A DNA stretch of 64,000 bases from assembly GCF_009914755.1 (NCBI RefSeq), contig NC_060925.1; one strand, written 5' to 3'. The stretch is from the human T2T-CHM13v2.0 reference genome, Homo sapiens. Every line of letters starts with the position of its first letter. The stretch's first letter is position 1. Of the stretch, positions 1 through 29,281 are shown piece after piece. Both the position numbers and the translations under genes were made by a program. Below the pieces are notes generated by a model. That model did not search any database. It had not been told where the DNA came from and was given only the letters and a program-made list of their open reading frames with translations.

Positions 1-759
1 ACCTCCCTCTCTCCCACCAGGAAGTGCTGGAAGAAAGTTCCAGCACTATCTGACCCCTTGATAAGGTTATCATCTTCATCACCCACTCTACTGTTGCAAT
101 TTACCCTCTAGCAATACAAAACTACTTAAAATTCCTAGCAAAGTCTGGGCTGTTTCACAATCTCTGCCTTTGCTCATGCTATTTCTGCTATGTAGAACAC
201 CCTTTTCCCCCTCTTTATCTGGGCAGCAGTATTCATCCACATTATTTTCTGGAAAACGACCTCCCACATGCCCAGTCCTCACCATAGCCTCACCTAAGCC
301 TCTTTCCTAGGCTTTAATTATCCCATGCAAAACACTGTCAAAGCAATTCCCACATTATAATGACATCATCTGTGTACAAGCATGTCTCCCATGGTAAACC
401 CCAAGTGAAAAGGGACCATGTGTTATTTAATATTCTGAGTATCCCACACTTAGCATAATAAAACTGGTACAAGTTGACATTCAATAAATGTTTTCTCAGC
501 CTGGGCAACACAGTGAGACCCCCATCTGTACCAAAAAAAAAAAAAAATTAATCAGCTGCAGTCATGCACGCCCATGAACGCCTATAACACTGAGGATGTA
601 ATTCCTGGAAATTACTACGTACCTGAATAATAATAATGAAACAACTGTGGCAAATAGTATTTTCCAAAACAGCCACATCTATCTATATATTTATCTCCTC
701 CCCCATGCTCTACTTACATTGTGACTGAGGTGGAGTCTAAGTTAAGTTTCCTCCCCATG

Positions 760-4002
<3,243 letters not shown>

Positions 4003-5500
4003 GATTTATTTATTTTTAACTTTAATTTTAGGCTCAGGGGTACATATGCAGGTTTGTTATATAGATGAATTACATGTCGTCGGGGTTTGGTGTAAAGATT
4101 ATTTCATTACCCTGCTAATAAGCAAAGTACCCAAAAGGTAGTTTTTCTATCCTCACCCTCCTCCCATCCTCTAAACTCAAGTAGGCCCTGGTGTCTGTTG
4201 TTCATTTAGGGAAAAAAAAAAAAAAGAAGAAAGAGGAGGAGGGGGAAAAGGAGGGAAAACAGTCAACCAGTCTCTCTCTGGTTTTCTCTAAGAATTCATC
4301 CAAACTTCCCTCTGGGCATATGAGACTCACAAGACCCCCCAGTTGCCAGGGAGCTGGAGCCCTGCAATAGGAAGGATGAGTCAGGGCCTCCTCACCCCAC
4401 CAGCTACAGCATACCCAGTTTAACTTCATGTTTTCCCCCTAATCTCTAGCACAGTGCTCAGAACATAGTAAACACCAATGTTTGTTGGATTAACAAGTGA
4501 ATTTCACACTGCAATACAATTAGAACCTGGACCTAGAGCTTCCACTCTGGTTTTCCCCTTCCTCCCCACCACTCACCCTGTAGAGATTGAAGTAACTCCC
4601 ATAAGGGTTGGCCTCCTCGTAAAGATCAAGAGGCTCCATGGGCCAGGGAAGTTCCACAGGGAAGGGCCTTTCCGGGGTTTGGGGTAGAACAGTTTAGAAA
4701 TGTGTGAGCAAGAGGAAGGCTCTGTGAGGCCAACAACAGGCTGGGCTATGTCTAAATAGCCATCCTTGGCTGCACTTTCAGTGATGTCGATCAGCTGGCT
4801 CGGGTCCTCTGAGGATGGCAGAAAGTGGTAATGGCAGGGTAAGACAGGCTCGCTTTCACTCCCTGGCTCCCTCCCGCCCTCTCTGCAGAATTTCCGGTTC
4901 TACCTGCTCAGCTCCCCCGCCACCCCATCTTCCCAGTGCAAGGGAAGGTCGAGCCTTCCAGCGCAGGACTTACTTCAGGGGCCCAGCACCCACTTCCTGC
5001 CAGCCAGCTGCTTCCTCCTGTTCCGCCCCTACATTGTGAAACAAATGACGCAGCCGGACTTTAGACAGAAACCCTGCTTATCAGGGAGTCCAGGCAGATG
5101 AACTCTGGGTTCTCAATGCCAGGAAAACCCTAGTGTGTATCCACTCTCACAGTATGTGTTCACTCATACTGCTTTCCACAACCGTCACACAATAGTGAAA
5201 CCTCATCCTCAATTATGTTGGACGCAAGGTCATCCAGGTCTTTCCTGAATCTCTGAAACAGAAACTGGTTTGAGTTTAGAGATCTCCAGGGTCTCTAGTC
5301 AAACCTAACAGATGTGATAAACAAGTCTCATTATTATCACATAAAATGTGCATGGCATTTAAATCTATTTTTGGGTGTGGTGGAAACGTGTGTTGCCCAT
5401 TTATGTGTCCACAGAACAAGTGCAAATTGAACTCAGCTGACTTGGAGGGGGGTGGGATGTATCCTAACAGCCAAGGCCACAATCCCTAGAAACCAATATG

Positions 5501-7772
<2,272 letters not shown>

Positions 7773-7912
7773 CTAAAGGACACTGAAATTCCACTGCCAC
7801 TCGTTTCCTAGTTCCAGGTAGAACTAGGAAGTGCCAGTCACCAGTTTCTAGTTTGGAGGGAACAATTCACTCCTGGGAGTAGAGGGAGAGGAAAGGAGGA
7901 GTGACTCACCAG

Positions 7913-8882
7913 TGTGGGGAAAAGCAAGAGAGATCAGATTGTTACTGTGTCTGTGTAGAAAGAAGTAGACATAGGAGACTCCATTTTGTTCTGTACTAAG
8001 AAAAATTCTTCTGCCTTGGGATGCTGTTAATCTATGGCCTTACCCCCAACCCCTTGCTCTCTGAAACATGTGCTGTGTCAAACTCAGGGTTAAATGGATT
8101 AAGGGTTGTGCAAGATGTGCTTTGTTAAACAAATGCTTGAAGGCAGCATGCTCCTTAAGAGTCATCACCACTCCCTAATCTCAAGTACCCAGGGACACAA
8201 ACACTGCGGAAGGCCGCAGGGACCTCTGCCTAGGAAAGCCAGGTATTGTCCAAGGTTTCTCCCCATGTGATAGTCTGAAATATGGCCTCGTGGGAAGGGA
8301 AAGACCTGACTGTCCCCCAGCCCAACACCTGTAAAGGGTCTGTGCTGAGGAGGATTAGTATAAGAGGAAGGCATGCCTCTTGCAGTTGAGACAAGAGAAA
8401 GGCATCTGTCTCCTGCCCGTCCCTGGGCAATGGAATGTCTCGGTATAAAACCAAGACATTGTACGTTCCATCTACTGAGATAGGGAAAAACCGCCTTAAG
8501 GCTGGAGGTGGGACATGCGGGCAGCAATATTGCTTTGTAAAGCATTGAGATGTTTATGTGTATGCATATCTAAAAGCACAGCACTTGATTCTTTACCTTG
8601 TCTATGATGCAAAGACCTTTGTTCACGTGTTTGTCTACTGACCCTCTCCCCACAATTGTCTTGTGACCCTGACACATCCCCCTCTCAGAGAAACACCCAC
8701 GAATGATCAATAAATACTAAGGGAACTCAGAGGCTGGCGGGATCCTCCATGTGCTGAACGCTGGTTCCCCGGGTCTCCTTATTTCTTTCTCTATAGTTTG
8801 TCTCTGTGTCTTTTTCTTTTCCAAGTCTCGTTCCACCTTACGAGAAACACCCACAGGTGTGGAGGGGCAACCCACACCTTCA
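7913..8882 (+). mobile_element. HERV-K(HML-2) solo LTR (LTR5_Hs/LTR5 type), 970 bp, antisense in F11R intron 1
   Basis: Starts TGTGGGGAAAAGCAAGAGAGATCAG and ends GGGGCAACCCACACCTTCA. Perfect 6-bp TSD CACCAG at 7907-7912 and 8883-8888. TATAAAA at 8444, AATAAA at 8709. Confidence 0.96.
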
Positions 8883-10391
8883 CACCAGTCTACGGTTTTG
8901 AGGTATGCCTGCCCCTGAAAGGGCAAAGCTAGAAGGGCTTGAGTCAGAAACATCAATAGTAAACACTGGGACTCAGAGAATGACCCAGAAGCAGGGCAGC
9001 AGTTCTGCCCTGCCCACGCGGAACTCTTCAGTGATGATACCACACTCAAGGAAGGGCAGGGGAGCAAATGCCAGCATTCCAACCCAGGTTTCCCTCTCTC
9101 CCCTGTGGTTACACTGTAAGTTGACCTATCCACACTCACCTCTACTGTGTCTCTCCCTACCTGGTAGACAGCTGAACCTTTTCTAAGGGACAGGTTCCCT
9201 AGGGAAAGGGAGGCTAGTACTCTGGGTCATCAGTTTTACTTTTCCCAAGTCCAGCTCTCCCAGTGTCTACCCTCTGGATCTCTGCCCCACAGGGTCAGGG
9301 TTTCCCCTCCATTAGGTTCCCCAAGCTGGGGCCAGGCCTTTGCCTGACTTGTCAGTCCTATCTTGCCTTTTCTACTTCCTCCCTGACAGCAGAGCCCACA
9401 ATGAAGAACAGGGAGAACATATGGGCAACCTATCCACGCCTCTCAGGGACAGTGGACAAGCTAGACACCCAAGAAAAAGCTCCTGCTTTTTGATTTCTGA
9501 CTCTAGCCATTTGGGATCTCCCTGCTTCCTTTTTTACCTACTCAGCTAGGGACAGCATTCTGGCATTCTTCCATCCTCACAAAATCCACAGGGGATAACA
9601 GCTGCCCAAAAATAATCCCTTCATGTATATGTAATGTAACTATTATGCTGGTTGATCCTCCTGACAAAGGTGGGACAAGTATTACTGCTATTTTACAGAT
9701 GAAAAGACTGAGCTACTGCCTAAGATCACAAACAAGGCAGAGAGAAAGCCAAGCTAGAATGCAGGTATGGTGGCCCAGCTCCCATTTCCATCCTCATTTG
9801 CACTAACCAAATCACTCCCCTCCCCCAACCCAACCCCAGATCTAGCCTGATTTAAAAGTTACAAGGTCAGTTCCTCCATCCCCTGGACAAGTCACTTCCC
9901 AGGACCCACTGTCCTAACAGGCTAATGCGACATCATCTCAGGTTCCCTCTGCACTACTGTGGCTTGGTTCCCTGAAGACACCTCCAAGCTCAAAATGGTG
10001 TTATCATGACCTTCCAGTGCCAGTATATGATTATTTTAGGATTATCATAAATAATATAGGAAATTAGAGGGAGAAAAAAGAAAGGAAGCAGTGGCAAAGG
10101 ATAGGGAGTAAGCAGCTCCAGGAAGCTTTTAAGCCTGACAAATACTGTCACAGACAAACACTGTTACAAATACAGTCACTCACACAGAAGAAACTTCTGG
10201 GCTTAGGGGAAAAATACTGGCACAGTACAAAGGTTGGAAAAACCTTTAGTACCAGAACCACATAACCAAAAATTGACTATGGGTGTCACTAGCAGTTCTA
10301 AAATACAGGCAGAAGTAAAATAGGCAAGGGGTAGGGAAAAAAGGGAAATTAAAGAAAAGGGAACTCAAAGAGTAGAAAAAAAGGAAGACAT

Positions 10392-10869
<478 letters not shown>

Positions 10870-11659
10870 CTAACTCTATTGTCATTGAAGTCATTTCCCC
10901 TTTTGGACTTGTTTCCTTATCAGTAAAATAGAAAGAGGATGATATATGCCTCTGGTCCAATCTCTCCCAAGGGTTTATGTTGTGATAAGGTAGAAATGAG
11001 CAGTCAATCCATCTAAGGGCAGGGAATCTACATACACCAAACTGATTGTAATCATTCATTTAACACTTTCTAAAACAAGAACCTTGGGGGTGGGGGGAGA
11101 CTCATGTAGAACACATACTGACACAACTACTCACACAACGACACGCACACTCAAGAATCAGATAAACACACAGGTACTGCCACAGGTTGACTAACGCACA
11201 AACCAACCGACTAAACGCTCAGCCCCACACAAACACATCTAGAGACAGAGGCATGCCCTAGCAAGTGAGCCTCATTGTTCCTCAGGAAAGGGAGTTTACA
11301 AAGGAAACAAAAACTCTCATACACAGCCAGAGGGAGGGCAGAGCTCTGGCTCTGATGAGAATCCAGCCAACCAACAGATACACTCTCCCCCTGGGAAGAG
11401 TCACTCAATCAACAACACGTATTAAGGACTCCTGAGGTAGTTATTCCATAAAGGAACTTCGCTGGAACCTCTGCTGCGCTTAGAGAAATTTCAGGTTTCT
11501 ATTGCATTTCCTCTTTAGACTGTGCACCCAGACATTTTCCCAGAGCAACCGCCGCAATTCAAAGATTCAGAAGAGCCAGAGACTCCTTCAGCAAAAGCTA
11601 GGGGAAGAGACTTCCACCCCAGACCACCTCCATTTGATTTTCTTCGAAGACCGTTAAAG

Positions 11660-12620
11660 GAGCCAAGGCTCCCGGCTGCGCAGCGGGGTTCGTGGATGCT
11701 GGGTGGCCGTTGGAGGGGCAGGCTGGCCCTTCCCAGGTGCGTGTGGAGCGCGCGCTGGGTAGATGAGTGTGGAAGGGTCCTTGGCCCGACGGCCCTCTCC
11801 AGTGAGGACGAGGAGTGTACCTCTGGTGTGTGCAGATGGGTCAGCTCCCTCCTGGTGGCCGTGAGGGGTGCGGTCACAACTCACCAGTGTGGGGGAGGGG
11901 AGCCAGCCACTCACCCAGCTGTGAGAGTGGTGAAAGAGGGACCAGCCAGGGGTGGAAAAGATAATTCGCAGAACGATATAGGAAGGTTTCTGAGCTCCTC
12001 CCCTCCCGCGGGCTAGGGGCGTGGGGAGAGCCTTCCTCCAACCTCTGACCCGACCAACCGATTCCTCCCGAAACTCTGGGAACTTACACAACAGGATCGC
12101 CAATATGAAGAGGCACAACAGTTTCCTCTCGACTTGCGCCTTTGTCCCCATCGCGATCAGGCTCCCGACACAACAGCCGCCGAAGGACTCCTGGGAACAG
12201 ACACAGCTCCGCGACTACAGCGAGGGGACTGAGAGCCAGCCGCCAGGTGGAACCCCGCCCGGCCCCGCCCTCCGCGCCTGATTGGCCAGCTCCCCACCCC
12301 TGCACGTTCCGATTGGTGTAAGGAACCGCTGCTCTTCAGAACGAGTCACCTCGGCCAGGTGTTACCCCGCCGCCACTCCCCGCCTCGGCGCACTGGCGCC
12401 TTTCCCCACAGGAGCTGCCTCAGATTGGCCCAGGAGACTGTCGCGTCAGGAGACGAATTCCGCACCTTCAGCAGGTGACGGCCCCCTGATTGGTTGGTGT
12501 TCCCGAAGTAGCGACTTCCTGACTGGCTGGGTTCTCAGTTGGAGCTAGAGGGCTGAGAAGTACCTCTAAGGAGGAAGTAGGAAAGGCAGTCGTGGTGTGG
12601 GATTTACGGAGACCGGCTTG
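11660..12620 (-). promoter_or_regulatory. F11R: F11R CpG-island promoter with GC boxes and four CCAAT boxes
   Basis: CpG-rich. CCCCGCCC at about 12253 and 12263; ATTGG at 12281, 12312, 12424 and 12489; ETS-like ACTTCCTG at about 12514. Confidence 0.8.
12088..12151 (-). CDS. F11R: F11R/JAM-A coding exon 1 (signal peptide MGTKAQVERKLLCLFILAILL-); downstream exons lie left of the window
   Basis: ATG at 12151 followed by 64 nt of CDS, then a GTAAGT donor at 12087-12082. The peptide matches the JAM-A N-terminus as I recall it. Confidence 0.97.
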
Positions 12621-12899
12621 GCTTGGGGTTTTGTGTTTGTTTGAATGTAAGTTGCTTGGTGCAACTGCACCTGCAGTTTGGTCCTGCAGAAACTTTGGTC
12701 CTGCCTCTTGGCAAGTAAAAAACAAATATTAATATGGGAGGGTAGGGGAGAAGACCCGGAGAGAAATGGAATGTTACTTTGGCACCACCTCCAAACTGTT
12801 CCTCTGTCCACCCCACCGGCTTTGAGAGATGAGCTACGCTGGGAGGAAGAAAGGGGAAAAAAAAGGGAAAGGGAGCACTCAACTGGAAAATGGGAGCCT

Positions 12900-20000
<7,101 letters not shown>

Positions 20001-20024
20001 TCTTATAATGTTTTAAGAAAGTTT

Positions 20025-21541
20025 CTGCCTCTGCCTCTGCCTCTGCCCTTTGCACGGTCCTCATCTCCCCTTTGCACGGTCTCCCTCTGATGCCGAGCCG
20101 AGGCTGGACTGTACTGCCGCCATCTCGGCTCACTGCAGCCTCCCTGCCTGATTCTCCTGCCTCAGCCTGCTGAGTGCCTGGGATTGCAGGCGCGCCGCCA
20201 CACCTGACTGGTTTTCGTATTTTTTGGTGGAGACGGGATTTCGCCGTGTTGGCCGGGCTGGTCTCCAGCTCCTGACCACGAGTGGTCTGCCAGCCTCGGC
20301 CTCCCGAGGTGCCGGGATTGCAAACGGAGTCTCGCTCACTCAGTGCTCAATGTTGCCCAGGCTGGAGTGCAGTGGCGTGATCTCGGATCGCTACAACCTC
20401 CACCTCCCAGCCGCCTGCCTTGGCCTCCCAAAGTGCCGAGATTGCAGCCTCTGTCCCGCCGCCACCCCGTCTAGGAAGTGAGGAGCGTCTCTGCCTGGCC
20501 GCCCTTCGTCTGGGATGTGAAGAGCCCCTCTGCCCGGCCGCCCAGTCTGGGAAGTGAGGAGAGCCTCTTCCCGGCCGTCATCCCGTCTAGGAAGTGAGGA
20601 GCGTCTCTGCCTGGCCGCCCATCATCTGGGATGTGGGGAGCGCCTCTGCCCCGCCGCCCCTTCTGAGATGTGAAGAAAGCCTCTGCTCGGCCGCGACCCC
20701 GTCTGGGAACTGAGGAGTGTCTCTGCCCCGCCGCCACCCCGTCTGGGAGGTGAGGAGCGTCTCTGACAGGCCGCCCTGAGAAGTGAGGAGCCCCTCTGCC
20801 CGGCAGCCGCCCCGTCTGGGAAGTGGGGAGCCCCTCCACCCGGCAGCCGCCCCATCCGGGAGGTGGGGGGCAGCCCCCGCCCGGCCAGCCGCCCCGTCCG
20901 GGAGGTGGGGGGCAGCCCCCGCCCGGCCAGCCACCCCGTCCGGGAGGTGGGGGGCGCCTCTGCCCGGCAGCCCCGTCTGGGAAGTGAGGAGCCCCTCTGC
21001 CCGGCCGCCACCCCGTCTGGGACGTGTACCCAACAGCTCATTGAGAACGGGCCATGATGACAATGGCGGTTTTGTCGAATAGAAAAGGGGGAAATGTGGG
21101 GAAAAGAAAGAGAGATCAGATTGTTACTGTGTCTGTGTAGAAAGCAGTAGACATAGGAGACTCCATTTTGTTCTGCACTAGGAAAAATTCTTCTGCCTTG
21201 GGATGCTGTTAATCTATAGCCTTACCCCCAACCCCGTGCTCTCTGAAACATGTGCTGTGTCCACTAAGGGTTAAATGGATTAAGGGTAGTGCAAGATGTG
21301 CTTTGTTAAATAGGTGCTTGAAGGCAGCATACGCGTTAAGAGTCATCACCACTCCCTAATCTCAACTACCCAAGGACACAAACACTGCAGAAGGCAGCAG
21401 GACCCTCTGCCTAGGAAAACCAGAGACCTTTGTTCACATGTTTATCTGCTGACCTTCCCTCCACTATTGTCCTATGACCCTGCCAAATCCCCCTCTCCGA
21501 GAAACACCCAGGAGTGATCAATAAATACTAAATAAATAAAT
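20025..21541 (+). mobile_element. SVA retrotransposon, older subfamily (SVA_A/B-like)
   Basis: Short hexamer head, antisense Alu-like region (about 20080-20450), GC-rich VNTR (about 20450-21025), SINE-R (from about 21025, LTR5-derived part from 21095), AATAAA and an A-rich tail. TSD AAAGTTT at 20018-20024 and 21542-21548. Confidence 0.95.
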
Positions 21542-21759
21542 AAAGTTTATGAATTTGTGTTGGGCTGTATTCAAAGCTGTCCTGGGCCATGTGTGGCCCA
21601 CAGGCCGTGGGTTGGACAAGCTTGATATATATGAATAGCTGGTGGGGCTTGATGCCCCTCATTGATGTTCTTTTTCAAGCTTTTCTGGTTATTCTTGTTT
21701 TCAACTAAACATCATGATATATTTACAAAGTTGAGTCTTCCTATCCAAGAACCTTTTAA

Positions 21760-22146
<387 letters not shown>

Positions 22147-22564
22147 TGAACTTTCTTAATAAGTATATTCCTAGTTATGCAAAGGAATGATGACAATTAC
22201 GAATCATGTATAGAATCTAAACTCAATTAGGAGGAAAATATGGGCATGAGGAAAGTTGTAAAAATTTGGTAAGGTCAATTAATTGAAGGATTTGATAGGT
22301 TCAAGCATATGATTAGGAATGGAAATGCTAGTAGAATGAGCTGGAAGGATTTCTTATTGGGAAATACCATCAGGCCTCGTTTCTTAGGATTTTCCATTTT
22401 CTTGGCTTATCTTCACTTTAAAGTCTCTGGCCATGAGCTCAACATGTATTTTCTTTGAATTTTAAAAATCTGTTTTGCTGTAGTCTATTTCTTGTGTCTA
22501 ACTGTGCTTAGTGGTTTTTTTTTCCTTTGGTTAATATGAATTTCAGGAGGCATGATCTATTACT

Positions 22565-23265
22565 TCTCATGTAAATACTAACCAAAATCGAAGTGGTATA
22601 GTTGTACTAATAGCAGATAAAATGGATTTGAAGGTAGGAAGCATCCCCAGGGATAAAGAGGGACACAGTGAGAAAGGGATCAATCCAGGAGGGAAGCATA
22701 ACAATTCTAAATTTGTATACATCAAATAACATAGCCTCCAAAATATATAAAGTAAAACTGAACAGAACTAAAAAGAAAAATGGTCAAATCCAAATCATAG
22801 TGAGATATTTAAATACACCTCTGTAAGTAACTGGTAGAACAAGCAGAAAAAAACAATCAGTAGAGAGATAGACTTGGGCCAGGTTCAGTGGCTCATGCCT
22901 GTAATCCCAACACCTTGGGAGGCTGTGGTGGGAGGACTGCTTGAGCCCAGGAGTTCAAGACCAGCCTGGGCAACATAGCAGGACCTTGTCTCAAAAAAAA
23001 AAACGAGAGAGAGAGAAAGAAAGAAAAAGGGAAGGAAAAGGAAGGGGAGGGGAGGGGAGGGAAGGGAGAAGGAAGGCCAAAAAAAAAAGAGATAGATTTG
23101 AACAACATAATTTAGTAAATTGGACCTAACCGACATATATAGAACACTGCACCCAAAAGCTGCAGAATACACCTTCTTTTCAAGTGTTCAGTGACCATTT
23201 ACAAAAACTGGCCATAAAGCAAATCTCAACACTTTTTAAATGATTCATATCATACAGTATATATT
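22565..23265 (+). mobile_element. Degenerate L1 (L1M) ORF2 endonuclease-region fragment interrupted by an Alu monomer
   Basis: A-rich L1-like sequence (GGATAAAGAGGGACAC, ATAACAATTCTAAAT, AGAACACTGCACCCAA..GCAGAATACAC). Alu insert at about 22878-23090 with TSD AGAGATAGA(C/T)TTG. Confidence 0.7.
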
Positions 23266-24510
23266 TTCCTACTGAGTACCTCTCATATGCCAGGTTATAG
23301 TTTTACTGTTGGCCATACAATAATAAAATAAAGTCCCTCCTCTTAGAGAGCTCAGGCTATTTTGCTCCCCCTCACCCCCACCCACTTCAATAAGCTGGTC
23401 TAGAAAGCTCAGTCTAAAGTGGGAAGAACCATGCAATGTGATAAGTGCTACAATAGAGGTACATACTTTATCCATTTTTCCCATGTCTTATGTCCTTCAT
23501 GGAATTCAGCTATATAATTTTATCTGGTTATTTTTCTCCCCTCTCCTTCAGTTTAAAAGCCATCTTGATGAAAACAACAAGTCTCATGCCAAAAAAATTC
23601 TGCTAATTCTTGTGAAATTCAGAGTGGTACAAAGGAGACTGGAAACTTCCCAAACAGGGAAAATGGCAAGTAAAGGCCAGGGTCAGGAAGGAGTAGGGCC
23701 TACTTAGGACACGAAGAAAACCAGCTTGTGGGGAGCAGCCACTGGAAGATAAATTTGGAAAGGCAAGGTGACACCAGATCTAGACTACAGATTGCTCAAA
23801 AGGCCAGGCTGAGACAAGTGCTTGAGCCACTAGACAACAAGGACCTATTATAAATTATCAATTCTGACTAAGATAAAAATGTTATTTTAAGATCAGGCAG
23901 GCAGTGATTCTTCAGAAAGGCTGAAATTAGAAGATTCTGAAGGTCGGAAGGCTAGTGAGGCTCAGCAGACACCTACTGAGAAGTCATGTTTGAGGCACTG
24001 GAGGTAAGAAAGTGAAAGCCAGTCCCTCCCTTTGAGAAACTCACAATCAATTAGGAGAGACAAACAAATGAACAAGAAAAATGTGGTGTAATAGAAATGA
24101 TGACACACATTTGTGGTAAATATAAACGTGGGAGAGATACAGGATGAAAGGGCAGAGTTTAATTTAGTATGAAAAGGAAGGTGTAAGGCAAGAGAAGTGC
24201 ATATAGCTGGTAAACTCCAAGACTTCAACCTCACCTGCTGAAATAGTTGTGAGGAAAGGGAAAGAGAATTTTAAAAGGCAAGATAATGGCTTGGAACAGC
24301 CTATCGGGGTTATGAACCAAACAGCTAATGAAGGAGAAAGAGGAATGTTCTCTTAATGTTGATCAAGCCAGAGGGCATGGTTATGTAATGAGCCAGGTCC
24401 GTTTACTTCCAGGATTCTCTCTAAACCTCATCAGTTATAAAACTGAAGAAAGCAGCTGGGCGTGGTGGCTCACACCTGTAATCCCAGCACTTTGGGAGGC
24501 AGGTGGATCA

Positions 24511-25077
<567 letters not shown>

Positions 25078-25216
25078 TGATAAAAGATAAAGCGGTTACC
25101 TAGAAAGGGGGTAGGGTGGGATTGACTAGAAAAGGCCACCTAGAGATATTCTGGGGATTTCCATGTTCAAGATTGTGTTTAGGATGGTGGTTACAAGTGA
25201 GTATATTCAAAATTCA

Positions 25217-25441
<225 letters not shown>

Positions 25442-25530
25442 TCACTTGAACCCAGGAGGCGGAGGTTGTGGTGAGCCAAGATCGCACCCTTGCACTCCAG
25501 CCTGGGCAACAAGAGTGAAACTCTGTCTCA

Positions 25531-25569
<39 letters not shown>

Positions 25570-25738
25570 AATAAAGACTATTCTAGTCGAGTGCGGTGGC
25601 TCACGCCTGTAATCCCAGCACTTTGAGAGGCTGAGGTGGGCGGATTACCTGAGGGTGGGAGTTTGAGACTGGGCGGATTACCTGAGGGTGGGAGTTTGAG
25701 ACGAGCCTGACCAACATGGAGAAATCCCATCTCTACTA

Positions 25739-26779
<1,041 letters not shown>

Positions 26780-27413
26780 TGACCAGGCTGATCTTGAACT
26801 CCTGGCCTCAAGAGATCCGCCCGCCTCGGCTTCCCAAAGTGCTAGGATTACAGGCATGAACCACCATACTGGGCCAAGAATTGTGCGTTTTATTGTTAAG
26901 TAAATTATGCCAATAATAATAATAAAATGCTATAACCAAATTATAATAAAGACCTGTGGAGGGGAAAACAGAAGACTAGAAGACTTAAGACAAAACAAAG
27001 AAGGAAATAGGCCCCAGAAGAAACTTCCCAACCTTTCTGAAAACCAAAACGTTTTGGGTATTTGGGGAAAGGGTAACTGACACTATTTGCCAGACTCTCG
27101 GTTAGACTCTTTCATGTATTTCAACTTTATCTCCAAATTCAACAATGTCTGGCTAAACTCAGACAGTAATGTGGTAAGATGAGCCCAGGGAGAAAGTGGG
27201 ATAGCTCTGTGACAGGGAAGCTGGAGAGCCCAGAGGAATAGCAGATTTCATTGTGTATGGAGTGCATACTGTGAGATAAAAGATGTAGGAGGGGCCAGGT
27301 GCGGTAGCTCACTCCTGTAATCTCAGTACTTTGGGAGGCAGAAGCAGGCGGATCACCTGAGGTCGGGAGTTCAAGACCAGCCTGACCAACATGGTGAAAC
27401 CTCGTCTCTACTA

Positions 27414-27572
<159 letters not shown>

Positions 27573-27908
27573 TCAAAAATAAATAAATGAATGAATGAAT
27601 GTAGGAGGGCTGGGTATAGTAGAGAAGGCAGAAGGGAAGAAAAGGAGGTGAGAGACAGGCAAGGAATGCAGGAAATGCCTGAAAGAAGTTCTTCAGAGGC
27701 ATGAAAAATCAGAAAACTGGATTCATTTCTGACTCAATCTTCTCTTCCACAGATTAAGGAATACATTTTCCAAAAATCAAACTTAAGAAGTAAAAACTCT
27801 GCCATGAAAATATTTAAAATGTATTATGCATCAAACTATACACTATACTAGAGGGAAGTCATATACCTACTGTGTAGTGCTGAATTTTGTTTCAGTAAGC
27901 ATGTGTAA

Positions 27909-28206
<298 letters not shown>

Positions 28207-28349
28207 TGAGCCACCGTGCCTGGCCAACCAATTAAATTTGTTAAATCCAGTATAAGAGATCAGTGTTGATAAAAACAGAAACCTGAGGCCGGGCGCAGTG
28301 GCTCACGCCTGTAATCCCAGCACTTTGGGAGGCCGAGGTGGGCGGATCA

Positions 28350-28679
<330 letters not shown>

Positions 28680-28802
28680 TCACCCAAAGGCCTGGGATTG
28701 CCCTTTCACCTCCTCAATCCATGGACAAAGCAGCCATAGACAATAACCAAAGTTCACAGCAGCACAGCCAGTTGGGGCCATAGTTTGCTGACCTCTGGTC
28801 TA

Positions 28803-28968
28803 CAGCAGTGGTACCTGCTTCTGGCTGTATATGAGAATCACCCCAGGGGCCCATAAAGCCACTAATGCTCAGGCTCCACCCTCCATATTCTGAATTAAAA
28901 AATAAAACAAACAAAAAAACCTACTAGGTGATTCTGATGTGCATTCTGGGCTGAAAACAGCTATTCTA
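28803..28968. mobile_element. MER5A-like hAT DNA transposon remnant
   Basis: CAGTGGT..GGCTG..ATGAGAATCACC..GGTGATTCTGATGTGCA..GGGCTGAAAAC pattern. Confidence 0.6.
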
Positions 28969-29152
28969 GAAGAACTGTACATTGTAGCCTCTCAGGAAAC
29001 TGCTAGAATGTTGCATGTGGGGAGTGCTAGGGGGAAGCAGATGAATGCTGCGAAATGATGATCCAGGGCTGAATTGAGGTCTAGATAAAGATTAGAACTG
29101 TTTTCAGTCCACCTGACACATTAAGTGCTTCCAATACTTTGATTAAATGTTC

Positions 29153-29158
29153 TTTATT
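29153..29158 (-). terminator. TSTD1: TSTD1 polyadenylation signal AATAAA
   Basis: TTTATT on the + strand, about 125 nt past the stop codon. Confidence 0.8.
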
Positions 29159-29281
29159 TGATGCTTTTGTGTGCACAACACTATAAGGAGTTGCCCAATT
29201 CACCAAGTCAGCCCGTTCACACCCTTAGTTAAGGTGGCCATTAAGGGGCCAGGGGGTGGCAATCAGTAAGCTGCCTCCTGC

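Noticed and set aside
11654-12151. 165-aa ORF starting with the JAM-A N-terminus
   Set aside because: Only the first 64 nt are exon; the rest is intron read-through past a consensus GTAAGT donor.
20130-21082. Overlapping repetitive ORFs (PHLPDGAAG..., PSGRWGAAP...)
   Set aside because: SVA VNTR translations.
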